From Picochlorum sp. SENEW3 (lineage: Eukaryota): 64,000 nucleotides of DNA. How positions within the stretch are numbered: position 1 is the first letter of the stretch; each line of letters starts with the position of its first letter. A program made the position numbers and the translations under genes. Under the pieces are notes generated by a model, which ran no database searches, was not told the origin of the DNA, and was given only the letters and a program-made list of their open reading frames with translations. This document shows positions 55,008 to 64,000 of this stretch, one piece after another. The DNA lies in NCBI GenBank assembly GCA_034226945.1, contig CP120453.1:1364001-1428000 (forward strand). Direction: 5' to 3'.

Positions 55008-57569
55008 TTACACGACAGGAAGGATTCGCTCCACAGTGTCTCGTGTGGGAAGGCGCATGGTATCTGCCTCTTCTGCGGTGTATTCCTCCTGTATGATTGT
55101 CTCCAGTTGACTATACGCATCCATCACGTTTTCATGAATTGTCTTCATGATGACAGATAATTCCTTGTCAGTCATGAGTATGGCCAGCAGAATGAGATTG
55201 CGGAATAAGGGACCCTCAACTGTTTCAGTGACAGACTGGCATAGATGGGTGACCCGCTCAACAGACGCAAATGCGTGCTGTTTAATCTCTTTCTTCTCCC
55301 CTCCATCTGCAGTAACTCTAGCTGCAGTCACTTTGGTTAGGAAGCTCAAAAGTGGATTGATAACCTCCTGGCTACATGTTAAGATGGAGAAATCACGAGC
55401 CACCTGGAGCTTCTTTGTCAAATCTGCATGCACGTCCACCTCTGACTTTCGTGATGCACCAGATGTAAAGGACGAGAGAATAGGAATTTGATTGGTGAGT
55501 CTGTGGCCAAACTGCGCGAGGCTGCTCTTGGTTGGAACCACACTAAAGTCCACATGAAAGGCATCCAGACACTCTGCCAAAATTGCCAATTGGCGCAGGT
55601 TGAATATGGCACCAATTGTTTCCCCGTGTGAATCTGTGCAGCTTTCTGATGCCTGATGTACTCTATCCAGCACATCTGGAAGTATGCCACGGCATAATTC
55701 GACAAACTTTTCCTTCCCAACAGCAGGATAGACCTGGTTCAAGAGGTCAACGACTTCTGACACGGGCCGGAAATCAATGACATGGGATCTCATCTCTGCA
55801 CATGATTCCATATTCAATGGCGGTGATGCACTCTTTGCAAACTCTCGGGCCTCTGAATCCAATACCTCTAATCTCTCCTCAGACAACCCAGCTGCAAGGA
55901 TTTTCTTCTTACAAGTAGACTTTGCCTCTGCAACGACCACTTCTTCAACCTCTTCCAATAGTTTTTCCATAGACTGTACTCCAAATACGGGCGCTGAGGC
56001 TTTATTCGTCACCAAGGATGATATAAATGCATTCACTTTGCAGAGGCCATCCAGCCCATTTGATTTAGATGCGTATATCATTGGCTCAACAATTGCAGAG
56101 AGCAGAATACACATGGAATCAAATAGCAATGATAACGATGCGGCTGCTTCACTGCTACTCACCCCACTGAATATCTGTCGATACAGTTGGAGTTCCACCT
56201 CTGCACTCCGTGACACAATATCTGACCCTTCTTTCAACGCATCAAGAGGCTCTATAGATGTTCCAAACTTTTGCATTTCCGTCAAAAGATTATACCGCAC
56301 AAGTTGAAATCGCGCTTTACAATACATGGACGTGCAATCTTTCAGCAACGATTCAATCTGGGGCGAACTCTGTGCATGCTTGCTGATCCCACCCATCAGC
56401 TCCTTCAGCTTGGGCTCCAGCACAGCCCTAAACTTGACATTCTGAAGCGTCATTTCTGTATTATCGACGTCTGGCTCTTTTTTCTCATCTTGTTCCTCTC
56501 CGCGTACCATTTTTGTCGTGTTCTTACTCTCCGTCACAGCGGCAGCAACAGACTCTTGAAAATATGTCTTCACCAATGACACTGCACGACTCTGCAAGTT
56601 CTTAAATTTCGCGTTATATTTACCAGACTCTAAAAACTCTGGATGCTTTACCGTAAACTGCAACGACATATCCAGCCCCTCCAGCCCTTCAAGTATCTCC
56701 CTTGGACTACTCTCAGCATTCACAGGACCATGGAACAATGATGACAACGTTTCCAACCTATTAAAATGCTCCAACCTCTGATGAACCATATCCGATATAT
56801 GCGACAACTTTTCTCTCTCCGACACCAACATATCACATTCCTCCTTCAACGCATCCGTCCTATCGCTAATTGTCTGCTGTGTCGCCCTCAACCCCGCAAA
56901 AATATCCAACACCTCATCAATCGTCCTCAACATATCATTACACACATCTATATGTTTCTCCAACGCTTCAGCATGCCCTTTATACTTCGCCTCCGCCTCC
57001 GACGCGCGCGTAAGCTCCAACTCAGAAAACCATTTGTAAAACTCTGATCGTGTTTGCAACACAGCATCCACCCCAGAGCGTGCACTTCCACCATCCTCAC
57101 CCCGCTCCTCCTCTCGCTTTTCCTTCCCATCCTGATACGATATCGAATAATACTTTTCACCACTCGAATCATGAGCATCCTCACCCACAACCACCGCATC
57201 AGACACCAACCGTTTCACTTCAGCTAGTGCCTCCTCCTGCCTCAAACTCAACCCCTCCGCATACCGCTCCCAATCACTCGCCTGCACACCACAAATCTGT
57301 ACTAATCAATTCGTAAACCAGAATCGACATGCCAGAGAAACTCCACATACCTTGACTCTGACACCCGACGGATTGAACTGTGCCTGATGCACCTCTCCAC
57401 CCAAAGACGCAGCATTGGAGCCCATCACCCCATTCACAGCACCAATATGCGTCCCATCAATCACCATCTGTCCATTTCCACCCCCTACAGACGAAGAAGT
57501 TGTCGCTGCGTGATCTTGATTGTCGCCAGGTGTAAAATCATCCTGGTAGTGACTCTCTGGATCCCACAT
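55008..57569 (-). CDS. COG3: Conserved oligomeric Golgi complex subunit 3 (Sec34); exons 57569..57351 and 57281..55008
   Basis: FYKWF.ELE, T.AL...C..L..E, L.HF..LE, LD.S..F...HPEF.ES..Y..KF..LQSRA and PLLSFLTKVTA motifs. Exact start Met uncertain. Confidence 0.88.
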
Positions 57570-57602
57570 ATTTGCATTACATAATAATAATAATTTATAC
57601 TT

Positions 57603-58094
57603 CTATTCTTCTGATGGCGCTGGTTCATCTGGATTGTTCTCATCGTCATCTTCATCCGGGTCATCAGGATTCTTCTTCTTCTTCTCCTCTTCCTCCTCTT
57701 CTTCCTCATCAGGCACTTCTGGATCCCCAGGTAATGGCTTTGGAAGTGGAGTTTCAAGCCTTTCAAACTCTGGGAAAATATCTGGGCGTCTACTGGGTTC
57801 AGGGGTGATCCATTCCTGTGGAATATCAATAGGAGAACGTTCCTTCTCAGTCTCTGGCTCTGGGTATGTTTGCACAATGAGCAGCCTCGTGCGTCTACTA
57901 TTCTGAGCACATCTCCTCATACCGAATCCCATGCTCTCATGGCGCAGCGCTGGCGCGCATGACAGCGAGAGTGACGACAACGTCGTCGTCGAGCAGGAAC
58001 AAGAGGGCACGACACTGCCTATTCTCTGCGCTACTGCCCTCTGCTTTGCCAAACCTGTAGAAAATGACATTCTACATGTACTACTATACTGCAT
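57603..58094 (-). CDS. CGL20: Green-lineage conserved small Pro/Glu-rich organellar protein, CGL20-like
   Basis: Transit peptide followed by ERSPIDIPQEW..P.PSRRPDIFPEF....TPLP.PLPGDP and an acidic tail. Confidence 0.72.
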   Translation of the reverse strand: MQYSSTCRMSFSTGLAKQRAVAQRIGSVVPSCSCSTTTLSSLSLSCAPALRHESMGFGMRRCAQNSRRTRLLIVQTYPEPETEKERSPIDIPQEWITPEPSRRPDIFPEFERLETPLPKPLPGDPEVPDEEEEEEEEKKKKNPDDPDEDDDENNPDEPAPSEE

Positions 58095-58295
58095 TATTGG
58101 ATTCTCTAGTCTAGTGTCAAATGCGCTCGGTATCTGCTGAAATGGAGCCGTCAGGATTACAGTGTGCCTCACAGAGAGCTGCCTTACAAACTTCAAGGTT
58201 TTCTATAAATGAATTTATTGTTCAAGAGATTTTTTAATGGGTCAATGTGGTTGAAAGTGCGACGTCTTTTCCATTTTCATCAGATTGATGACCGA

Positions 58296-59042
58296 TCATT
58301 GCGCCCCATACCATGCTGGTTCAGACCCTGGATTCCATTTTACATTACAGCCAATGCTTGGTCTCCAAGGCTGAGGCACCTCTTCCCCCTGCAGTATACA
58401 GTCCAAAGCTCCCCTCACATCCTCTCCAGTCACGGGAGGTGATTCCCCATATTTACTTGGTCTGCTTGAATCAAACTGTCCATGGTATGCCAGCTTCAAG
58501 TCGGCATCAAAAACAATAAATTCTGGAGTACACGCTGCATTGTACATCTTGGCAACCTCCTGCGTCTCATCAAAGAGATAGGGAAATGGGTACCCTTGCT
58601 TTGCCATTTCCTTTGGTCCGTCTTGAGGGTGGGTTATGATTGAATTGGCCGAGATCCCTACAAACGCCACTCCCTTGGGACTGTATTCTTCAAACACATC
58701 AATAATGGCCTCCTTCAGGTGGACCACGAAAGGACAGTGATTGCATAATATCATCACCACGGTCGCTTTGGTGTCTGGCTTGACAACATCCTTGCGCAGA
58801 GAAACCATCTGATTGCCCTGGGATGGCTCAGGCAAGCTAAACTCTGCTGCCTCCCACCCCTTCTCCAGAAAGACAGTTTCTGTCCTCGCCATCCGCACTC
58901 GCATTGATGAGGATGAGGATCTTCTTGGGCACCAGGGGTTTTTTCTTGGCGATGTCAAGACACTAGTAGTAGAGGACATCACAAGATGTGGTGGTCCAGT
59001 TGAGGATACCCTATGGCCCATCGATCTGCCGACAGAATGCAT
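58296..59042 (-). CDS. Thioredoxin-fold AhpC/TSA-like protein, probably plastid-targeted
   Basis: CNHCPFV, ISAN....HPQD.P, YPFPYL.DETQ.VA..Y.AACTPEF, YHGQFD.SRP and PSIGC.VKW motifs. Confidence 0.9.
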   Translation of the reverse strand: MHSVGRSMGHRVSSTGPPHLVMSSTTSVLTSPRKNPWCPRRSSSSSMRVRMARTETVFLEKGWEAAEFSLPEPSQGNQMVSLRKDVVKPDTKATVVMILCNHCPFVVHLKEAIIDVFEEYSPKGVAFVGISANSIITHPQDGPKEMAKQGYPFPYLFDETQEVAKMYNAACTPEFIVFDADLKLAYHGQFDSSRPSKYGESPPVTGEDVRGALDCILQGEEVPQPWRPSIGCNVKWNPGSEPAWYGAQ

Positions 59043-59538
59043 TCTTCCTGTGTCTTTTTTTAAAAGTACCCTGGAATAATGAAATATAATGAATTGCAGC
59101 ACGGTCTTGGTCGGTAGATGGTGACAAGGAAATGCTCAAACACATGCAGAGTTGGAGTATTGCTGTCTCCCATCAACACGTACAGTTGATGGGAGCCATC
59201 CATGTCTACCATGTGTTTGATGCACGTAGTGCCCCTCACAGCCATGGGAGCGACGAGCAGCGAGTCATACGAATTTCAGGCATATTTATTATGATTGACT
59301 CATGAAGTTGTATATTTATATACATATTTAACATATGCGAGTATTGAAAAGGGGCTTTGTTGGTAGAGAGAGCAGTTTTGCTGCAGGAAATGACGAGAAC
59401 AGGACGTGCTGAGTCAGCATTCTTCCCGTCACTTTGTTCCACCACGAGCGTGTTTTCGCATTCATTCCATCGTTATAGAATTGGAGATATTTTTATACTA
59501 GTTACTAAATTTTAAATAGACGAGAGGGTGCGGTGAGA

Positions 59539-61860
59539 ATGGCACTGCATCCGACGTACAAGACGACGACAAAGGCAGCACCTGCTGTACTTGGTGGGTT
59601 GGTGGACAAGAGTGAAGACCGGCAGGGCCATGCTGCGTTGACCGGTGCCGGAGAGAGTCCTGTGCATTCGTACATACCAGCATGCCATGATTGTGTCAAA
59701 GGTGGAATGTCTTCCGAGAGCAGTGGGGTGCGTGCTGCTTGCCTGTACAGAGACAGAGCCTTTCGGGATTCTTCGTATAATGAGGAAGAGATGTGGTGTC
59801 CTGAGGATCATGGCGAACTTTCTCAAGGGACTGGAAGCGATGTTGTTAACAATAGTGGTGCGCTGCCAGACGAGATGCAGTGTCGGATGATTCATTCTAT
59901 AGAGTCATGCTCTCCAGAGGATGAGGCTGAGTTGGTGACACACGTCTGCAAGGGGCTGCACGATTCCACTCTCCAGGATGAGTGTGAGATATGTGCGGCA
60001 TTGGATGATAATTCATTTTCACATACACTCCGCTGGATGCAACGGTTGCTCAAGGTTCCTGTGTGTGGCCTGATTCTTGGGGATGGAGAGGTGGTTTCTC
60101 TTCGCTGCGTGAGTGGCGTGTATAAAGCGACGCGTCCGTCGATTGGGTCTCTGCTAGATTGGCTTGTGAGTAGAAGATGCATGGCTAAAGGATCTGTCGC
60201 AGTGTGTGATACGTACCAGGACGAGGATTACCGGTATGATGCACAGGTGTGCGGGAATGCTGGGGTGCGGTTTTATGCTGCCAGGCCTGTTGTGATGGAT
60301 GGGGAGGTGATTGGAACAGTATTTATATTGGATCGTGTTGCACGAGAATTTACTGAGAATATACGGGATGGTTTGGAGTATTTCTCGCTCATTTTCATGC
60401 ACAAGTTGAGCGAGGTTGAGTGGAAACCAGCTGTTCAGGGCTATTGCAGACGGGAGATGCTGGAGATGGCATTTGATACTTCTTCCTTTCCTCTAATGAT
60501 TGCATCCATATGTTCATCTCCAGATGGACGAATGTCGTTGGAGATTGAACGGGTGAACACGAGTCTACAAGAGTGGTTTGCACGGGGAGACTGCCTTGCA
60601 GCTGCAGACCACCAGGGTGATGTGTGGGATGCATTGTCTTTTGCTCTTGATTGCAAGGATAGGGATGCTTGGGATGATTTAATTAGAAATTCAGATGATG
60701 GGTTCTTTGAAGTTGGCGTGAAAGAGGGAAAGCATCATGCCAAGATGTTTTTCAGCAGGGCTGTTGGGTTGCTGCCAGAATCATTGCCAGAGAATATGCA
60801 AGAGACGTGCCGAATGCTCGTGAGGTGTATGCGACATGCCAGCGATTCTTTGACGCAAAAAGTATACTATGTTGTGTCACTGAGGGATGTTGCTCCCTTG
60901 AGTTTGCAAAGAACATCCCAGGGATTGGAACCTTCCCCTGTCTCATGCCATGGTGTTTCGTGGCTTCAGGATGTCTGTGTTGGACGTTTCTCACATTCTT
61001 CAAAGGTCTCAAGAGTATACAAATGTACCATTAAGGGTCGCAATGCGACTGTGAGGATTTCTCGGTTTGATAATGCTGCTCTTGATGCACATGTTTCTGC
61101 AGTCATGGATGCATTCATGGCGCTGCCTCCACATCATAATATTCTCGATAAGTTTCGAGCTGGCACTATACAAAAGAAGAGAAATACAGGGTATGGATAC
61201 CAGACCCTGCATGAGCATTGGCTGGTGCAGGATTATCCTGACAGAGGCTGCTTAAGAGATGCATTATATTCTGGCTTGTTCTCAGATGAGAAGAAGCCGC
61301 TCTTTATTGCGCTGACTATGATTGATATTGCACAAGGAGTGTTGCATATGCGGAAGGAATCACTTTTGTTCGGAGAATTTTCAACAAAGGATGTGTATCT
61401 GAAATCAGATCCAACGGATCAGTTGAGGGGCTGGAAAGCTGTGCTTGGTGCCCCTGACATTGTGACTAACTGCCGTGCATTCAACGAGAATATTCCACCC
61501 ATGTATGCTTGTAGCAAGCTTTCTTCTCCAGAGACGCTTTTGGGAAGCGAGGTATCGGCCCAGTCAGAGAGCTTTTCCCTTGGAATAGCATTGTGGGAAA
61601 TGTGGCTTGAAACTGAGGCCTGGCCACAATTTAACTCTGAGGATTTGTTACAGATGCTTTGCTTTGAGGATCAAGGGGGCCTGTATGTAGCGCATGATAT
61701 GCCTGCGCATTTGGCTCGAGTTTTATCCAAATGTCTGAGCACTAAGGAAAACTCAAGACTCTCTGTTCTCACTGTTGTGACACTGTTGCAAGACTATGTT
61801 CAAATCCTTACCGGACGATATCATGCTGGAGATTACTTTGCAAATGAGCTTGTAGAATAA
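59539..61860 (+). CDS. GAF-domain protein with a C-terminal degenerate protein-kinase fold (probable pseudokinase)
   Basis: GAF motif GVRFYA..PVV..G.VIGTVFILD...REF; kinase-fold remnants H.NI, WLVQDY.DRG.L.DAL, DIAQGV.H, SPE and SLGIALWEMW. Confidence 0.78.
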   Translation: MALHPTYKTTTKAAPAVLGGLVDKSEDRQGHAALTGAGESPVHSYIPACHDCVKGGMSSESSGVRAACLYRDRAFRDSSYNEEEMWCPEDHGELSQGTGSDVVNNSGALPDEMQCRMIHSIESCSPEDEAELVTHVCKGLHDSTLQDECEICAALDDNSFSHTLRWMQRLLKVPVCGLILGDGEVVSLRCVSGVYKATRPSIGSLLDWLVSRRCMAKGSVAVCDTYQDEDYRYDAQVCGNAGVRFYAARPVVMDGEVIGTVFILDRVAREFTENIRDGLEYFSLIFMHKLSEVEWKPAVQGYCRREMLEMAFDTSSFPLMIASICSSPDGRMSLEIERVNTSLQEWFARGDCLAAADHQGDVWDALSFALDCKDRDAWDDLIRNSDDGFFEVGVKEGKHHAKMFFSRAVGLLPESLPENMQETCRMLVRCMRHASDSLTQKVYYVVSLRDVAPLSLQRTSQGLEPSPVSCHGVSWLQDVCVGRFSHSSKVSRVYKCTIKGRNATVRISRFDNAALDAHVSAVMDAFMALPPHHNILDKFRAGTIQKKRNTGYGYQTLHEHWLVQDYPDRGCLRDALYSGLFSDEKKPLFIALTMIDIAQGVLHMRKESLLFGEFSTKDVYLKSDPTDQLRGWKAVLGAPDIVTNCRAFNENIPPMYACSKLSSPETLLGSEVSAQSESFSLGIALWEMWLETEAWPQFNSEDLLQMLCFEDQGGLYVAHDMPAHLARVLSKCLSTKENSRLSVLTVVTLLQDYVQILTGRYHAGDYFANELVE

Positions 61861-62018
61861 AATGTGTTTGTTGAAGAGACACGTAATGATGATATTTCTT
61901 TCAACATATGACCATTTATACATATTTTCTCAAGGTGTTTTTTTCTTCTTAATTTTTGATCTGTTGTGAGTCTTTTTTTTTTCTTTCTGCACAACTCCAA
62001 AGTTGGCAAACTTTGTGA

Positions 62019-63704
62019 TTACATCATCTTTTTATGCATTTTATTTTTTTTTTTCTGATTATACCGATGTTCGACAGCAGGGTCTTGCAGTCGGCGGCCT
62101 GAAATTCTGGATGTCATACACATTTCACACCACCGTTCTGTTCCACAATTCCGGAATGTACATGCTGGGCATTCCCATTCAGCCATTTCCCTGACGTCTT
62201 TTACTGAGCGGCTCTTTTTTTCTACCTTCTTTGGTTCTTTCTCATCAGATTCTCGAAAGTAACTTTCTAGGCCCAACTGCCCTCTATCTCGCTGTAGCTC
62301 TTCTTGGAAATTGCTCATCCTCAAGCCCATCAATCTGATTTCTGCAGGCAGCTCAGATCTCAGCAATTCCCTTCCGCGAGCAAAAATTTTCTCTTTCGTG
62401 CAAATATATTCATCTAATGTTAGGCATCGAGTCTTTACCAAGAAATTAGACAGTTTAATTTTCAATGTGAGTGTCTTGCCACGCAAACTCTCTGCATCCA
62501 TATCCTGCGCTAAAACCCCAGCAATATCGAGTAGTTTGGCCTCCAAAATATCAGCATTGTCTGTTGGCTTGAATGTCCTCTCACAAGAGATTCCTTTTCT
62601 CCCGAGACTCCCTTCTTCGTGCTCCTTGTGAGTGTATGACGCTATACCAAGTGCAGACCGCATAAAGAATTCATATGATGTTTTTGAAAAGAGCAACGAA
62701 ACTTTTGCTGCATTCTCAATAAGATCTCCACATGTCTCAATACCTAGTGATTTCTGCAGTAGTTTCTCAGTCACTCGGCCAATCCCTGGAATTTTCCTGC
62801 AGGGAAGTTTCCTCATGAAATCCAGAATTGTCTCCCTGTTACTCTCCAAGATGTATTGGCCATCTGGTTTGTTCAAGTCTGAGCAGATTTTTGCCAACAT
62901 CTTGTTCGGCGCTACCCCAACGCTGCATGTCAACCCCCCAGTAGCTTCACACACTGCCTCTCGGATTTCCGTGGCGCATGCCTCTGTGGACAAACCATGT
63001 ATACGTATGTAGTCTGTCACATCCATGGAGGCTTCATCCAGACTTTGTGCTTCAAAATCCGGATCAAATTTGGCAAATATACCGCGGGTGATCATACTAA
63101 ATCGTTTATATTGCTCAAACTTTGGCTTGACAAAACGAATATGGGGACAGAGGGATTCAGCTATAAAACCAGGCATTGCACTGCGAACTCCAAACTTTCG
63201 AGCAGTATACGATGCTGTACTGATCATAGACTTTGAACCGACAGCAAATGGAACACCCGCAAGACTTGGATCCAATATCTGCTCCACAGAAGCATAAAAT
63301 GCATCCATGTCGATATGGCACCACACCCGTGTGAGGTTCCTCAAACTCTCCAGGTACACAATGTCTTGTTCTTGTACAAGTACAGCTGCCTGAGACAACT
63401 GTTTCGCAGTCAGCCCACGCAATTTCTCCTTCATTCTCTCGATACGCTTTTCTGTGGCCACATTTTTTCTTGATTCATTCTCAAAATATGCCGAATCTTT
63501 AGACATCTCATAGACCACCTGCTTCACCTTCTCTTGGTCAACCTCTTCCATCCCAGCCTTTGCATTCGTATAGACAGTGTCATAGTCCACTGCATTGCTC
63601 CTGTGAGCATTTGTACTCGGCATGGGGTTGGTAGACACAGGATCCCTGCCGTCCTCCCTGCCAACCCGTTGCTGTTGTTTGAACAACTTGTGCTCAGCGG
63701 CCAT
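62019..63704 (-). CDS. POLK: DNA polymerase kappa (Y-family, DinB) with a C-terminal RanBP2-type zinc finger; 3' end may be spliced
   Basis: NAKAGM, HIDMDAFYASVE, Y.ARKFGVRSAMP, SLDEA, LAKICSD.NKPDGQ, RKGISCERTF and WECPACTFRN...CEMC motifs. Confidence 0.95.
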   Translation of the reverse strand: MAAEHKLFKQQQRVGREDGRDPVSTNPMPSTNAHRSNAVDYDTVYTNAKAGMEEVDQEKVKQVVYEMSKDSAYFENESRKNVATEKRIERMKEKLRGLTAKQLSQAAVLVQEQDIVYLESLRNLTRVWCHIDMDAFYASVEQILDPSLAGVPFAVGSKSMISTASYTARKFGVRSAMPGFIAESLCPHIRFVKPKFEQYKRFSMITRGIFAKFDPDFEAQSLDEASMDVTDYIRIHGLSTEACATEIREAVCEATGGLTCSVGVAPNKMLAKICSDLNKPDGQYILESNRETILDFMRKLPCRKIPGIGRVTEKLLQKSLGIETCGDLIENAAKVSLLFSKTSYEFFMRSALGIASYTHKEHEEGSLGRKGISCERTFKPTDNADILEAKLLDIAGVLAQDMDAESLRGKTLTLKIKLSNFLVKTRCLTLDEYICTKEKIFARGRELLRSELPAEIRLMGLRMSNFQEELQRDRGQLGLESYFRESDEKEPKKVEKKSRSVKDVREMAEWECPACTFRNCGTERWCEMCMTSRISGRRLQDPAVEHRYNQKKKNKMHKKMM

Positions 63705-64000
63705 ATCTAAATACACTCCTCACATATTTATATTCATATTCGCATGCGACTTAATGGTTCTTTGAGGAGAAAAAAAAGGTTAGTAGTTTCTCAAAGAATG
63801 ACGACTACATCAAGGTGGTTGTTCATTTTCATCGACATGGCAGCAACTGTCGAATGCTTCAAGATGTTTTTTTATTCCGTAGTCAACCTATTCGAAATCA
63901 ATGCCCAGTACGTCATAAATCGCAATATAACTTCCGATCGAGTATTCCATGTACACCATCATACAAATATACAAAATGGGTACGAATCCGAAACGAGTAT

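Noticed and set aside
61870..62065. Possible extra terminal exon of POLK
   Set aside because: A donor (GTATAA) and acceptor (TGCAG) exist, but the downstream frame is homopolymer-rich with no supporting motif; it cannot be resolved without RNA data.

Overview
This is a gene-dense eukaryotic nuclear window with about 40 protein-coding genes in 64 kb. It has short GT-AG introns (about 65-330 bp), TGTAA poly(A)-type signals, very short intergenic spacers and plastid-targeted genes (PPL1, PsbTn, CGL20, thylakoid rhodanese). It is most consistent with a compact chlorophyte genome such as Picochlorum (inference). Most genes are housekeeping: TAF13, SEN54, DAG lipase, ecto-5'-nucleotidase, MAPK, S1P lyase, TSR3, AP-2 sigma, eEF2, RPA43, RlmD-like, eIF4B, oligopeptidase B, Pi transporter, COG3 and Pol kappa. 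The stand-out locus is at the left edge: a 5'-truncated, intron-containing gene of more than 1,240 codons. It carries two tandem NUMOD4-HNH homing-endonuclease-like modules (an architecture typical of phages and giant viruses) followed by three recently duplicated ~105-aa repeats resembling helicase-associated (HA) domains. Other notable signals are eight AGAT[GT]CC motifs plus two P1BS sites upstream of the phosphate transporter, clusters of perfect palindromes in two intergenic regions, a GAF-pseudokinase, a possible truncated SHOC1-like meiotic gene, a PsbTn gene missed by the ORF track whose intron is flanked by an 11-bp direct repeat, and overlapping or near-abutting gene pairs. No rRNA, tRNA or CRISPR array was recognised. 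All family assignments come from motif recognition by eye, not database searches.
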